Shown piece by piece: positions 26,517 to 35,556 of a stretch of 35,556 nt of DNA. The position numbers and the translations under genes were made by a program. Under the pieces are notes generated by a model. The model ran no database searches and had not been told where the DNA came from. It saw only the letters and a list, made by a program, of their open reading frames with translations. Position 1 is the first letter of the stretch; every line of letters begins with the position of its first letter. The stretch spans positions 1 through 35,556 of the forward strand of contig JBBSQY010000036.1 in assembly GCA_038243585.1 (NCBI GenBank), given 5' to 3'. This DNA is from Candidatus Sumerlaeales bacterium (GTDB lineage: Bacteria > Sumerlaeota > Sumerlaeia > Sumerlaeales > Sumerlaeaceae).

Positions 26517-27353
26517 ATAAAAAATTCCATTGTAATCTGCGACCATGCCTTTGTTGATGCAAGTCTCATTCCACCACAGTGTCTTGGTCTTCCGGGAAGT
26601 TGCCCGGCAGGTGTGTATGAAACGCTGTTGTGGGATAGTGGCAAAATCAGAAATTGGCCAGAGCATCGTGATCGGTTGGCTGTCGGATGCTCATATGTTG
26701 GAATTAAGCCGGCTGAATGGCTTAAGATGTTTAACTCTGAACGGCTGGAAACCTTATTACAGAAGAATGGGTTGCATGAGACGAGGGCGCGCATTCGCCT
26801 GATGGTTTTTGCAAAGCCTTTTGTAGGAGAGACAAATAGCTATTCCCACCTGGCTGTTGCGGGGCCGGCTGCTCCGTTGGAAATTGCGCCCTGTTTTACC
26901 TGTGCCGTTAGTTCTTCAATCAGGGCTTCTGATGACGTGTCGTATAATCACAAGTTACTCGGACGTTTGCAGGCGGACCAAGACCTTCGCATTGCAGGGG
27001 CCAGGGGATATAATGACGTGTTGTATTTTAACGAAACAGGCGAAGTGTGTGAGGCGTCTTATTCCAATTTCTGGCTTATAAAAGACAATTCGGTCCATAC
27101 TTCACCGTTTACGGCACCATGTCTGCCAGGAATAATCCGGGATAAAATTTTAGCCGTGGCCACAGAGATTGGGTGCGCAGCCTACGCAAACGACCCCATA
27201 ACACGCGATCGAATCATTTCGGCTGACGAGATATTTTTATCTTCGAGCATCAGGGGCCTCTGCCGTGTAACGGCAGTTGATGGTATATGGTCCGCAAAAT
27301 CAAATATTGAATCATCGTTACTGTCCGATTTACGCCTTCTAGCAATGGGTTAG
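26517..27353 (+). CDS. Class IV PLP-dependent aminotransferase/aminodeoxychorismate lyase-like protein
   Basis: GVYET, HRDRL, HK (PLP lysine), GEVCEASYSNF, LPGIIR, ADEIFLSSSIRG. First canonical start is GTG 26613; the frame is open upstream to ATA 26517. Confidence 0.85.
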   Translation: MKNSIVICDHAFVDASLIPPQCLGLPGSCPAGVYETLLWDSGKIRNWPEHRDRLAVGCSYVGIKPAEWLKMFNSERLETLLQKNGLHETRARIRLMVFAKPFVGETNSYSHLAVAGPAAPLEIAPCFTCAVSSSIRASDDVSYNHKLLGRLQADQDLRIAGARGYNDVLYFNETGEVCEASYSNFWLIKDNSVHTSPFTAPCLPGIIRDKILAVATEIGCAAYANDPITRDRIISADEIFLSSSIRGLCRVTAVDGIWSAKSNIESSLLSDLRLLAMG

Positions 27354-27436
27354 GCATTTGTGTCTTTACTTGCGGGATGTTTGGGTTATTAGTTTTAGCT
27401 TAGTGTATTGCTTGAATTATTTTTAGGAGTTAGAAA

Positions 27437-28930
27437 TTGTCTAAATTTGGCATTCTCATGCCGGTGGATAACGCATCGGTGATTTCGCAGGATAAGCGAA
27501 TGCAGTTTTTAAAGAGTCAGACTCTTAGTGACTGGACTTGCTATTGCCTTCCTGCCGTGGAAGAGGATGGGGCCGGTAGTGACGACAGCCAGATCGAGGT
27601 TGGTCCAACTGGTCTGGACACTTTTTCGAAGCTGATAAATTATGGCGTGTCAAAAGGGCATGATTATCTCCTGCCACTGGCTCCTGGTGTGGAATTGGCA
27701 CCTACGGCACTTGAGGAATTTGCGTCCTTTCTAGATAAGAATCCAGATGCTGCAGTTGCTTATTCGGGATTTCAGGAGCAGGACGCTGACGGCAAGTCTA
27801 GTGATGTTAAGCTTTTTCAGCATGCCGGTGCCCCTCATGAGCGTTTTGATTTTGGATTTGCGAAAGTTTACAGAACGACTGCGGTGGAGCAGGTTGGTAA
27901 GGCGAGAGAAGACCTCCAGCATGCGGGAGAATACGACCTCGACCTGAAGATGGCGGAGAAGTTTACGCTAAAACTTGTCGATAAACCGTTATACAAAGCT
28001 GTGACCTCCGGGGCAGCGGCGGGGGAGAAGCCATCTGCACTGCATTCTCCTGGTAAAGGGCTGCTGGGCGGTTTTTCTTATATCTTTTATCCGCCTGACC
28101 TGGAGCGGGAAGTCACCGGAGTATTTGAGGAAGCATTGAAGCGGCGTGGGGCTTGGATTGATCATGAAACAGTCAATGTTCCTTATCCCGAAAAGCCATA
28201 TGACGTGCTTGCGACTGTAATTATTCCGGTGCTGGATCGGGTCAAGTATATCGGCAATGCACTTGACCGGGTGATAGACGGGACTTTTCAGGATTTTGAA
28301 GTTGTTGTTATTGATAACGGATCCACGGACGGAACGCAGAAGATTGTTGAGGAGTATGCGCAGCGGGATCCGCGCATTCGCCTGATCCATGGTACAGGCG
28401 GATCTATCGCTTCCGCGCTGAACGAAGGCATTCGCGCGGCCAAAGGTAAGTACATCTGCCAGTTGGATTCCGATGATGAGTACACCCCCGACACGCTGGA
28501 AATGATGGTCGGCCACATGGAATCACATCCAAAATGTGGACTTGCAATCTCTTATTATGAGTTAATGGATGAGAACCGGGGTCACGTGGAGGGAATTGAC
28601 CCAATAACTCATTCCGGTTATACCCGGAATCAGATATTGCGTCGTGACGGTGGCGGTGCACTTCGCGTGTTTCCAAAGGCGGTCCTTGAAGAAATGGGTC
28701 TGTACGACGAGAAGCACTTTGGCAATTTTGGTGAAGATTATGATATGGTGCTGAAGACCGGTGAAAAGTATGATGTTGACCGGGTCCACAAGGTGCTATA
28801 TCGTTATCGCAGGCATTCTGATAATACGGACATTACTCGTGATCCGCTGATGAAGATTGAGAACAAAAATAATGCGCGGCTCAATGCGCTTGGGCGGAGA
28901 AAGAAGCTTAACGCTGAGCGTAAAGCTTAA
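27437..28930 (+). CDS. Glycosyltransferase family 2 (degenerate N-terminal plus intact C-terminal GT-A domain)
   Basis: VIIPVLDR, IDNGSTDGT, QLDSDD, GEDYD, LYRYRRH; TTG start with AGGAG SD. Confidence 0.9.
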   Translation: MSKFGILMPVDNASVISQDKRMQFLKSQTLSDWTCYCLPAVEEDGAGSDDSQIEVGPTGLDTFSKLINYGVSKGHDYLLPLAPGVELAPTALEEFASFLDKNPDAAVAYSGFQEQDADGKSSDVKLFQHAGAPHERFDFGFAKVYRTTAVEQVGKAREDLQHAGEYDLDLKMAEKFTLKLVDKPLYKAVTSGAAAGEKPSALHSPGKGLLGGFSYIFYPPDLEREVTGVFEEALKRRGAWIDHETVNVPYPEKPYDVLATVIIPVLDRVKYIGNALDRVIDGTFQDFEVVVIDNGSTDGTQKIVEEYAQRDPRIRLIHGTGGSIASALNEGIRAAKGKYICQLDSDDEYTPDTLEMMVGHMESHPKCGLAISYYELMDENRGHVEGIDPITHSGYTRNQILRRDGGGALRVFPKAVLEEMGLYDEKHFGNFGEDYDMVLKTGEKYDVDRVHKVLYRYRRHSDNTDITRDPLMKIENKNNARLNALGRRKKLNAERKA

Positions 28931-28951
28931 AAATAACCTGGTTTTTACCTT

Positions 28952-28990
28952 AAGTGGCGCTTCCGCAAAATGGGAAGCGCCATTTTTTTT
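28952..28990 (+). terminator. Intrinsic terminator
   Basis: TGGCGCTTCC-GCAAAATG-GGAAGCGCCA followed by T8. Confidence 0.9.
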
Positions 28991-29032
28991 GGGGAGGCTG
29001 AATCGGGAGACGGGCAAACACTATTAGGTTTG

Positions 29033-29587
29033 ATGAACAATCTATCGGTGATTCAGTGTGGTTTCATTCAGCGAGCAGCTAAAGCTGTTTGCTTCTCTGC
29101 TGTTTTGTTTACTTTGACCGGCTGCGGGATGCAGCAAGAAGGCTCAAAGGACCTTAACGTTCAGATAGGGGATTCGATTCCCGCTTTTGCTTTAAAGGAT
29201 GTTGAAGGTAACATGGTATCTTCTCAGGAGTTGCTCGGGAAGCCGTATGTCGTGGCGGTTTTTGCTACTTGGTGTCCGCCTTGCAAGATGGAACTGGCAG
29301 CGTTAGAGAAGGACGTATGGCAACCGCTGAAGGAAAAAGGCGTGGGCGTCATTGGGATTAACTTTGGGGATGAAGATGCATCTCTCGTCAGTGGGTTCGC
29401 TGAAGAACTTGGCTTAACGTTTCCAATGCTCGTGGATATGCCCGGCAAGTTTCGCCAGGAGGTTGGGATTTCTGCAGTGCCCCAAAGCCTTGTCATTGGA
29501 CCTGATGGTAAAATTATCAATATGCATATAGGTTTTACCGATGAGTCGGTGGCTGCTACTGCAAGAGAACTAGAGGCGGCGCTGTAA
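29033..29587 (+). CDS. TlpA/ResA-like thiol-disulfide oxidoreductase, probable lipoprotein
   Basis: FATWCPPC, LTFPML, AVPQS, LTGC lipobox. The track's ATG at 28970 lies within the terminator, so ATG 29033 is preferred. Confidence 0.88.
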   Translation: MNNLSVIQCGFIQRAAKAVCFSAVLFTLTGCGMQQEGSKDLNVQIGDSIPAFALKDVEGNMVSSQELLGKPYVVAVFATWCPPCKMELAALEKDVWQPLKEKGVGVIGINFGDEDASLVSGFAEELGLTFPMLVDMPGKFRQEVGISAVPQSLVIGPDGKIINMHIGFTDESVAATARELEAAL

Positions 29588-29626
29588 AACGTTAGTTAGT
29601 TCGGTAATGACCGAGCAAAAGTTGCG

Positions 29627-30763
29627 CTACCTGCGACCTGTGAAAACGTATGCAACGCCACCTTTGTCAAACCAGGCTTTTGCAAGCTCTTCCTGCCGCC
29701 AAACGCTGTTTACACCGTAGTCTTTACTGGCTGTATCGTGAACAGTGACGGTTCCGTCTGCGCGTACGCCCGTAATAAGAACCAGGTGGCCTTCCGTGCC
29801 GTTTTTCCGTCGGTTGTGGCGAACCATTGGGTCATCAACTTCACGGGCCTTAAATCGAATAGACGCACAAACGACATGGCCTTGCGCAATTTCCTTGGTC
29901 ACATCATTCCAATTTCTAAAGCGTGTTATATATCCGCGCAGTCCTTCTTGTGAAGCGCCCTGGATTGAGCGGTGCCAAACTCCGAAAGCATCGCAAACGG
30001 GATCGTAAAGATCTGCCGCAACGGTTTGGGTCTCCTGTTGAATTCCAAACTGCGCCATGGCCATGTTTACGGAGGCTGGACTGCAAATGCGTCCAATCCA
30101 GTTTTCTCTACTTACAACCTGTGACTTATAGGGAATTTGCAAGCTGGCCCCGCCAAGCTGCTGAGCTTTGGGGTTTGCAAATTTTCGAGCAAGCTGTTGA
30201 TTGCCGGTGCTGTTGGTGTAAGCGAGGCAAAACATAAATATTTTAGGCGATGGCAGATCGGCCGACATTCGAACGAGGTCGAAGCGAACTGCGACACCCT
30301 CCGCTAGTGTGTTAAGTTGAAGCGTGTCAATATTATAGATTCCGTGGTGAAGAGGGATAATACGGGTGGTCAGTTCGTCTGAAACGCGCCCCCAGGTCCC
30401 GGCGTCAAACCAAGCGGACTGGGCCCTATTAGCCAGAACTGGATTCATCCACACTCTAAAACCTGTATTTTTTGCAGTCCACCCATTCCATGATGGAATT
30501 GCTTCATTCCACTGGAATTTGCCTGATATCATGGGAATGGTTAAAGATCCTGCCAAAGCACCGTCCACCAGCTCTACGAAAGAGCCATCTGCTGACGCCC
30601 GAACGTTGTCTGCACGAGCGCCGCGCATCAAATTTTGAGCGCCATCAATAACAACGAGATCATCTACTGTGCCCGGCGGGTAGGTGAGGGTGTTTTGTGC
30701 GGAGGCGGCCAAAGCAATTGTAACGATAAAGAGGGACAGAATAATCCGCATGCAGTACTTCAT
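29627..30763 (-). CDS. Secreted peptidase C39-like family protein
   Basis: Signal peptide; PYKSQ..ICSPASVNM (Cys), GHLVLITG (His), VHDTA (Asp). Confidence 0.8.
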   Translation of the reverse strand: MKYCMRIILSLFIVTIALAASAQNTLTYPPGTVDDLVVIDGAQNLMRGARADNVRASADGSFVELVDGALAGSLTIPMISGKFQWNEAIPSWNGWTAKNTGFRVWMNPVLANRAQSAWFDAGTWGRVSDELTTRIIPLHHGIYNIDTLQLNTLAEGVAVRFDLVRMSADLPSPKIFMFCLAYTNSTGNQQLARKFANPKAQQLGGASLQIPYKSQVVSRENWIGRICSPASVNMAMAQFGIQQETQTVAADLYDPVCDAFGVWHRSIQGASQEGLRGYITRFRNWNDVTKEIAQGHVVCASIRFKAREVDDPMVRHNRRKNGTEGHLVLITGVRADGTVTVHDTASKDYGVNSVWRQEELAKAWFDKGGVAYVFTGRR

Positions 30764-30796
30764 TTCAAGGATTTAGTAATCAATTTGCGTTAGATG

Positions 30797-31153
30797 TCAG
30801 CTTAGTGCTTTGTGGATTTTTTCTTTCAAGTCATCAAGATCAACTGGCTTGGTTATGTAATCGCTGACTTTTGAATCCCAAACCGTAAAATCGTCCTGTA
30901 ACCCTCGTACGGCTGTGCACATTATAACTGGAAGATCGGCATGAACCTGCCGAACCTGCTCCAGCACTTCCAATCCAGTCATATCTTCCATGCGAATATC
31001 CAGTACCATTAGGTCAGGCGGATCTGCGGCCACTCTGGCGAGGGCCTCCTGACCGCTACCAGCTGTATCTACTTCAAATCCAGCCTCTTCCAGTTCGTCT
31101 CTGAAGAGAGCACGGATGTTCTTTTCATCATCCACAACCAGGATTTTTTTCAT
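30797..31153 (-). CDS. Single-domain response regulator (receiver only)
   Basis: ILVVDDE, LDIRM, CTA, YITKP. Confidence 0.93.
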   Translation of the reverse strand: MKKILVVDDEKNIRALFRDELEEAGFEVDTAGSGQEALARVAADPPDLMVLDIRMEDMTGLEVLEQVRQVHADLPVIMCTAVRGLQDDFTVWDSKVSDYITKPVDLDDLKEKIHKALS

Positions 31154-31202
31154 TTGTTTTGCCTGCAGTCTTTAGCGTTATTGCGACGAAGATTTCCGGT
31201 TT

Positions 31203-31592
31203 TTACATCAAGTTCAATTGTAATTTTGCTGCTTCTGACATTTTTGACATATCCCATGGTGGATCCCACACCAACTCAACTTTTGAACCGCTAACTCCCG
31301 GTACCATTCCGGCTTTAGCTTCTACCTCAGGAGGGAGCGTTCCTGCAACTGGACAAGCGGGACTGGTCAGTGTCATCTTAATATCTGCGAAGTTAGATTC
31401 GTCCAAGTTGATTTCGTAGATAAGACCCAGTTCATAAATGTTAACCGGAATCTCAGGATCGTAAATGGTTTTTAACACTTCAATTATATCATTTTGAAGA
31501 GAACTGGCTGAGGATGCGGGACCTTCCTCCTGACTGGGCTCGTGGGTTGCTCCCGGCAAATCTTCTGTGGTTGGATTCCTGGTAAAACGCAT
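31203..31592 (-). CDS. DUF59/MIP18 (SufT-like) Fe-S assembly protein
   Basis: IYDPEIPVNIYELGLIY, MTLTSPACP, LVWDPPW. Confidence 0.92.
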   Translation of the reverse strand: MRFTRNPTTEDLPGATHEPSQEEGPASSASSLQNDIIEVLKTIYDPEIPVNIYELGLIYEINLDESNFADIKMTLTSPACPVAGTLPPEVEAKAGMVPGVSGSKVELVWDPPWDMSKMSEAAKLQLNLM

Positions 31593-31605
31593 AGCGGTTA
31601 ACCTC

Positions 31606-32061
31606 CTATTCGGTTGTTACTGGTTCTGATTTGTGTTCAAGGGCAGCCATGAGCGTATGCCATGGCAGTGTCGCGCATTTTACGCGGCTAGGGAAATTTT
31701 TTACACCGGCTAGAACAGTGAGCTTTCCCAGTTCTTCTATTTCAGAAACGGTGGCTTCATCTCTGACCATCTTCTTCATCAGGTTAAAGAGATGTTCTGC
31801 AGTCTGGCGGGATTTTCCTTTAAGTATCTGAGTCATCAAAGATGCACTGGCCTGACTTATGGCACAGCCTTTCCCTAGGAACGTAAGATCCTGGAGTAGA
31901 TCGTCTTTAACAGATGTGAAAATAGTGCACTCGTCACCGCACAGAGGGTTTGCACCTTTTGCAAACCCAGTTGCGCCGGACATGGGTTTAAAATTGCGCG
32001 GCTTGCGGCTGTGATCTAAAATCACTTCCTGGTAGAGATCTCTCAGGTCTGCATTCATCAT
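31606..32061 (-). CDS. sufU: SUF system Fe-S assembly protein SufU
   Basis: LYQEVILDH, NPLCGD, GCAISQAS, RVKCATLPW; ATG 32061 avoids overlap with sufS. Confidence 0.93.
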   Translation of the reverse strand: MMNADLRDLYQEVILDHSRKPRNFKPMSGATGFAKGANPLCGDECTIFTSVKDDLLQDLTFLGKGCAISQASASLMTQILKGKSRQTAEHLFNLMKKMVRDEATVSEIEELGKLTVLAGVKNFPSRVKCATLPWHTLMAALEHKSEPVTTE

Positions 32062-32074
32062 GGAGAAGTGCCTA

Positions 32075-33325
32075 TCACGAAAGTATTTTAATCGTTCTTT
32101 CAAGAGATTGGCAGAAGACTTCAACTTCTTCGCGGGTGTTGTAGAGACCGAAGGATGCTCGTGCTGTAGCAGGTATATTAAAGTAATCCATTACCGGCTG
32201 GGCGCAGTGATGGCCGGTACGGATGGCGATGCCATCGTGATCGAGAAAGGTGCCGAGATCGTGGGGGTGGACGCCATCGACAACAAATGAAACTGCGCCG
32301 GATTTTTCGGGGGCATTGCCGATAATACGGATTTTGCCCAAGGCGTTGAGTCCGTTTGTTGCATAGGTCAAAAGGTCGTGCTCATGGGCTGCAATGGCTT
32401 CCATGTCAAACTGGGATAAATAATCGAGAGCAGCTGCAAGCCCAATTGCGCCAGCAATATCGGGAGTGCCCGCTTCAAATTTATAAGGTAGGTCGTTCCA
32501 GGTACTTTTTTCGAAGGTCACCGTTCGGATCATATCGCCGCCGCCGTTGAAAGGCGGCATTTGGTTTAGGATTTCGCGACGACCGTAAAGGACACCTATA
32601 CCTGTGGGACCATAAATCTTATGACCGGAAAAGGCAAAAAAATCGGCATCCAATTCCTGCACGTTTATTTTCATATGCTGCACAGACTGTGCTCCATCAA
32701 CGAGAACGGGGATGTTATGCTGATGGGCCATTTGGATGAGTTGGTTGATGGGGTTTACAGTTCCAAGTGCATTTGAAATATGAACTATCGACAGAATTTT
32801 GCCGCCCTCTGCCAGAAGTGCTGCGGCAGCATGAAGATCAAGCACGCCGTCTTTATCAATAGGAATGACCTTTAGCGTTGCACCGGTGCGTTCTGCCAGA
32901 AGTTGCCATGGTACGATATTACTATGATGCTCCATGGCAGTAATAATTATGGAGTTATTGCTCGAACTTGCGCTTATACCATAAGTCGCAGCGACGAGAT
33001 TAATGGCTTCTGTGGTGCCGCGGGTGAAAATTATTTCTTCAACGTGACGGGCGTTAATGAATCTCCGAATGGTTTCGCGGGCAGCGTCGTGCATAGCCGT
33101 CGCGCGTTCACTTAGTTGATGCACCGCCCTGTGTATGTTAGCGTTGGACGTTTCGTAATAGTTAACCAAAGCATCGATAACTGAACGCGGTTTCTGGGTT
33201 GTCGCCGCATTATCCAAGTAAACAAGGGGTCGACCATGAATCATGGATCCAAGAATCGGGAAGTCCGCCCTGACATGGTCCACATTGAATTCGCGGCACC
33301 CCGGGATATTTGCAGCAACGCTCAC
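32075..33325 (-). CDS. sufS: Cysteine desulfurase SufS
   Basis: YLDNAATTQKP, MEHHSNIVPWQ, FSGHK, RTGHHCAQP. Confidence 0.96.
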   Translation of the reverse strand: MSVAANIPGCREFNVDHVRADFPILGSMIHGRPLVYLDNAATTQKPRSVIDALVNYYETSNANIHRAVHQLSERATAMHDAARETIRRFINARHVEEIIFTRGTTEAINLVAATYGISASSSNNSIIITAMEHHSNIVPWQLLAERTGATLKVIPIDKDGVLDLHAAAALLAEGGKILSIVHISNALGTVNPINQLIQMAHQHNIPVLVDGAQSVQHMKINVQELDADFFAFSGHKIYGPTGIGVLYGRREILNQMPPFNGGGDMIRTVTFEKSTWNDLPYKFEAGTPDIAGAIGLAAALDYLSQFDMEAIAAHEHDLLTYATNGLNALGKIRIIGNAPEKSGAVSFVVDGVHPHDLGTFLDHDGIAIRTGHHCAQPVMDYFNIPATARASFGLYNTREEVEVFCQSLERTIKILS

Positions 33326-34671
33326 TTAACGTGAGCCAAAGCTTCCCCGACTTTATGAGCTTCCAGCAGTCGGCTTTCCAGCAGGTCGCGCAGCGGTGCG
33401 ATTTTAATTTTTTCGACGACATTATTGGCAAAGGCAAACACTAGCATCCGCCGCGCCGCCTCATCTGATATGCCGCGGCTCTTGAGATAGTAAAGCTGGT
33501 TTGCGTCAATCTGGCCGATAGTAGCACCATGGGTGCATTTAACGTCATCTGCGAAAATCTCAAGTTGAGGGTTAGTGTTGATCATTGCGTGGGGAGACAG
33601 CAACATTGTTCTATTGGTCTGTTTAGCATCTGTCTTCTGGGCGATTTGTCTCACCATAATCATACCGTTAAAAACGCCACGCGCTCTGCCGTCAAGCACC
33701 CCTTTAAAAAGCTCGTGGGTTTCGCAGTTTGGCTGCGCGTGGTCAATTCGTGTATGGTTATCTACAAACTGGTCACCAGAGATCTGATAGAGGCCATTTA
33801 TCATTCCAAAGGCGCCCTGTCCGTCAAGGTTCAACCCGACATCGTTCCTGGTGAAGTGACCTCCGAAGGTAACAGACTGGGTCGAGAAATTGCTAGTACG
33901 TGCCTGGCGTGCGTCAATTGTGCTCGTATGAAAGGCCGCTTTGCCTTCAAGGTTAAGGCTATAATGGTCCACAACGGCGTTTTCTTCTACATCGAACTCT
34001 GCCACGCTGTTGTTAAAGTATCTCACGTCTTCCGGTCCCATAAAACTTTCGATGACCGTTACCTGGCTCATTGCTTCTGCAACCAGTAATAAACGCGGAT
34101 TAGTAAACAATGGTACTTCGGTTTCAGTGGTGAGGTAAAGAATGTGGATAGGCGGTATAACTACAGTGTTTTCAGGCACATGGATAATTAGCCCATCAGT
34201 AAAAAGGGCGCTGTTTAGTGCCATAAATGGATGACGCTGATCAACGGCAATTTTACCTAAATATTTCTGAGCAGTGGGATCCTGAAGACCTCCATCAGCA
34301 ATTGATTTGACAGTGATTGAATTAGGAAGATCAGTAGTTTCAGACAGATCGGGGCGATAGTGTCCGTTCACAAATACAAACCGAATGGTTGTTAATTTAA
34401 ACAGCCCATATTCTTCGGCAGACTGGAAAATATCATCAGCGGAAGCATCAGTATTGGCTGAAACACCAAAGCTTGCGTTGGCAAGCGCTGAGACGTTTGT
34501 AAAACGCCATTCCTCCTGCTTAAGAGTAGGCATGCCTAACGCATAATAACGCTTTAACGAATCCTTCCGGAAATCGGCGATAACTCCGCCAGATGGAAGC
34601 AGCGAAGCAGTGTTCAGGCGCTCAGAAAGAATGTTGGCATCGGCCAGTTTATTAGATTCCGCTTTTGACAT
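33322..34671 (-). CDS. sufD: Fe-S cluster assembly protein SufD
   Basis: EEWRFT, FKGVLDG, AQKTDAKQ, PQLEIFADDVKCTHGAT, YYLKSRGI. Confidence 0.94.
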   Translation of the reverse strand: MSKAESNKLADANILSERLNTASLLPSGGVIADFRKDSLKRYYALGMPTLKQEEWRFTNVSALANASFGVSANTDASADDIFQSAEEYGLFKLTTIRFVFVNGHYRPDLSETTDLPNSITVKSIADGGLQDPTAQKYLGKIAVDQRHPFMALNSALFTDGLIIHVPENTVVIPPIHILYLTTETEVPLFTNPRLLLVAEAMSQVTVIESFMGPEDVRYFNNSVAEFDVEENAVVDHYSLNLEGKAAFHTSTIDARQARTSNFSTQSVTFGGHFTRNDVGLNLDGQGAFGMINGLYQISGDQFVDNHTRIDHAQPNCETHELFKGVLDGRARGVFNGMIMVRQIAQKTDAKQTNRTMLLSPHAMINTNPQLEIFADDVKCTHGATIGQIDANQLYYLKSRGISDEAARRMLVFAFANNVVEKIKIAPLRDLLESRLLEAHKVGEALAHVK

Positions 34672-34710
34672 TGTGAAAGTTTTTATCTCCAGATATCTTG
34701 TAAGTTGTTG

Positions 34711-35469
34711 TTAAACAGTTGCCTTTTCATCAATCCAAGAGTAGCCTTTGGATTCCAGTTCGAGGGCTAGTTCCTTGCCGCCGGATTTCTGGATTTTCCC
34801 GTGCGCAAGTACGTGCACAAAATCGGGAACGATGTAGTTCAGCAAACGCTGATAGTGGGTAACCATGATAATTGCGCGGTCTGGGCTACGTAGAGCGTTT
34901 ACACCCTCGGCAACCGCTTGAAGGGCATCGATGTCCAGCCCTGAGTCGGTTTCATCCAGAATGGCAAGGCGAGGGTTGAGCACAGCCATTTGAAATATTT
35001 CATTACGTTTCTTTTCGCCACCAGAAAAACCTTCGTTAACCGGGCGGCTGAGGAGAGAATCTTCCATATGAAGGATCCGCATTTTCTCTTTGACGAGCTG
35101 AAGAAACTCCATGGCATCCAATTCCTCTTCCCCTCGGTATTTGCGCACAGAGTTAAGAGCAGCCTTAAGAAAATAGGTATTACTGACGCCGGGAATCTCT
35201 ACAGGGTACTGAAACGCCAGAAAAATTCCTTCACATGCGCGTACTTCCGGGTCCATTTCCAAAACGTCTTTTCCCTGGAAAGTAATGCTGCCACCAGTGA
35301 CTTCGTAGTCTTCACGGCCGGCAATTATCTGGGCAAGAGTACTTTTGCCTGAACCGTTGGGGCCCATGATGGCGTGAACTTCCCCTGGATTTACCTCTAG
35401 ATTAATACCTTTGAGTATCTCGTTACCATCAATGCCTGCAGTCAGGTCTTTTATTTCAAGTAGTGCCAT
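34711..35469 (-). CDS. sufC: Fe-S cluster assembly ATPase SufC
   Basis: GPNGSGKST, FLAFQYPVEIPGV, GFSGGEKKRNEI, LDETDSGLDID. Confidence 0.97.
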   Translation of the reverse strand: MALLEIKDLTAGIDGNEILKGINLEVNPGEVHAIMGPNGSGKSTLAQIIAGREDYEVTGGSITFQGKDVLEMDPEVRACEGIFLAFQYPVEIPGVSNTYFLKAALNSVRKYRGEEELDAMEFLQLVKEKMRILHMEDSLLSRPVNEGFSGGEKKRNEIFQMAVLNPRLAILDETDSGLDIDALQAVAEGVNALRSPDRAIIMVTHYQRLLNYIVPDFVHVLAHGKIQKSGGKELALELESKGYSWIDEKATV

Positions 35470-35556
35470 GCTTCACCTTGTGTCTTAATGTTTTGTGTGT
35501 AAGTCTTGCATTTTCAATTGTACAAATGTTGCTTTTATTGTCAGAACTGGATTAGC

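Noticed and set aside
34711..35556. suf operon lacking sufB
   Set aside because: The window ends 87 nt upstream of sufC; sufB may lie just outside.

Overview
Bacterial chromosomal window, mostly housekeeping and cell-envelope genes. The GT9 domain suggests a diderm; the lineage cannot be assigned from the sequence. In order: partial secreted protein, tRNA-Leu(CAA), thiD, a 6S RNA not shown by the ORF track, dnaX-ybaB (no recR), GH2 beta-mannosidase, a lytic transglycosylase, GT2-GT9 fusion, GT2, mutY-hprK-SpoIID/LytB, hisI-trpE-trpG, nucleotide-sugar dehydrogenase, TerB-like protein, an isolated phage-type large terminase, ABC-F ATPase, cupin, GT-B glycosyltransferase, class II aldolase, sodA, class IV aminotransferase, GT2, TlpA-like lipoprotein, C39-like peptidase, stand-alone receiver protein, and sufC-D-S-U plus a DUF59/SufT gene. 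Most unusual signals: (1) the SLT/GH23 lytic transglycosylase has its motifs in circularly permuted order; (2) an intact orphan large terminase with no other phage gene in 35 kb; (3) a small heptamer-plus-hairpin element present twice, with compensatory stem changes, once upstream of the terminase gene and once translated in frame inside it; (4) a + strand C-rich to G-rich skew inversion at about 18.8 kb next to the terminase, bracketed by GTAG-type REP-like palindromes. All calls come from motif reading by eye; no searches were run.
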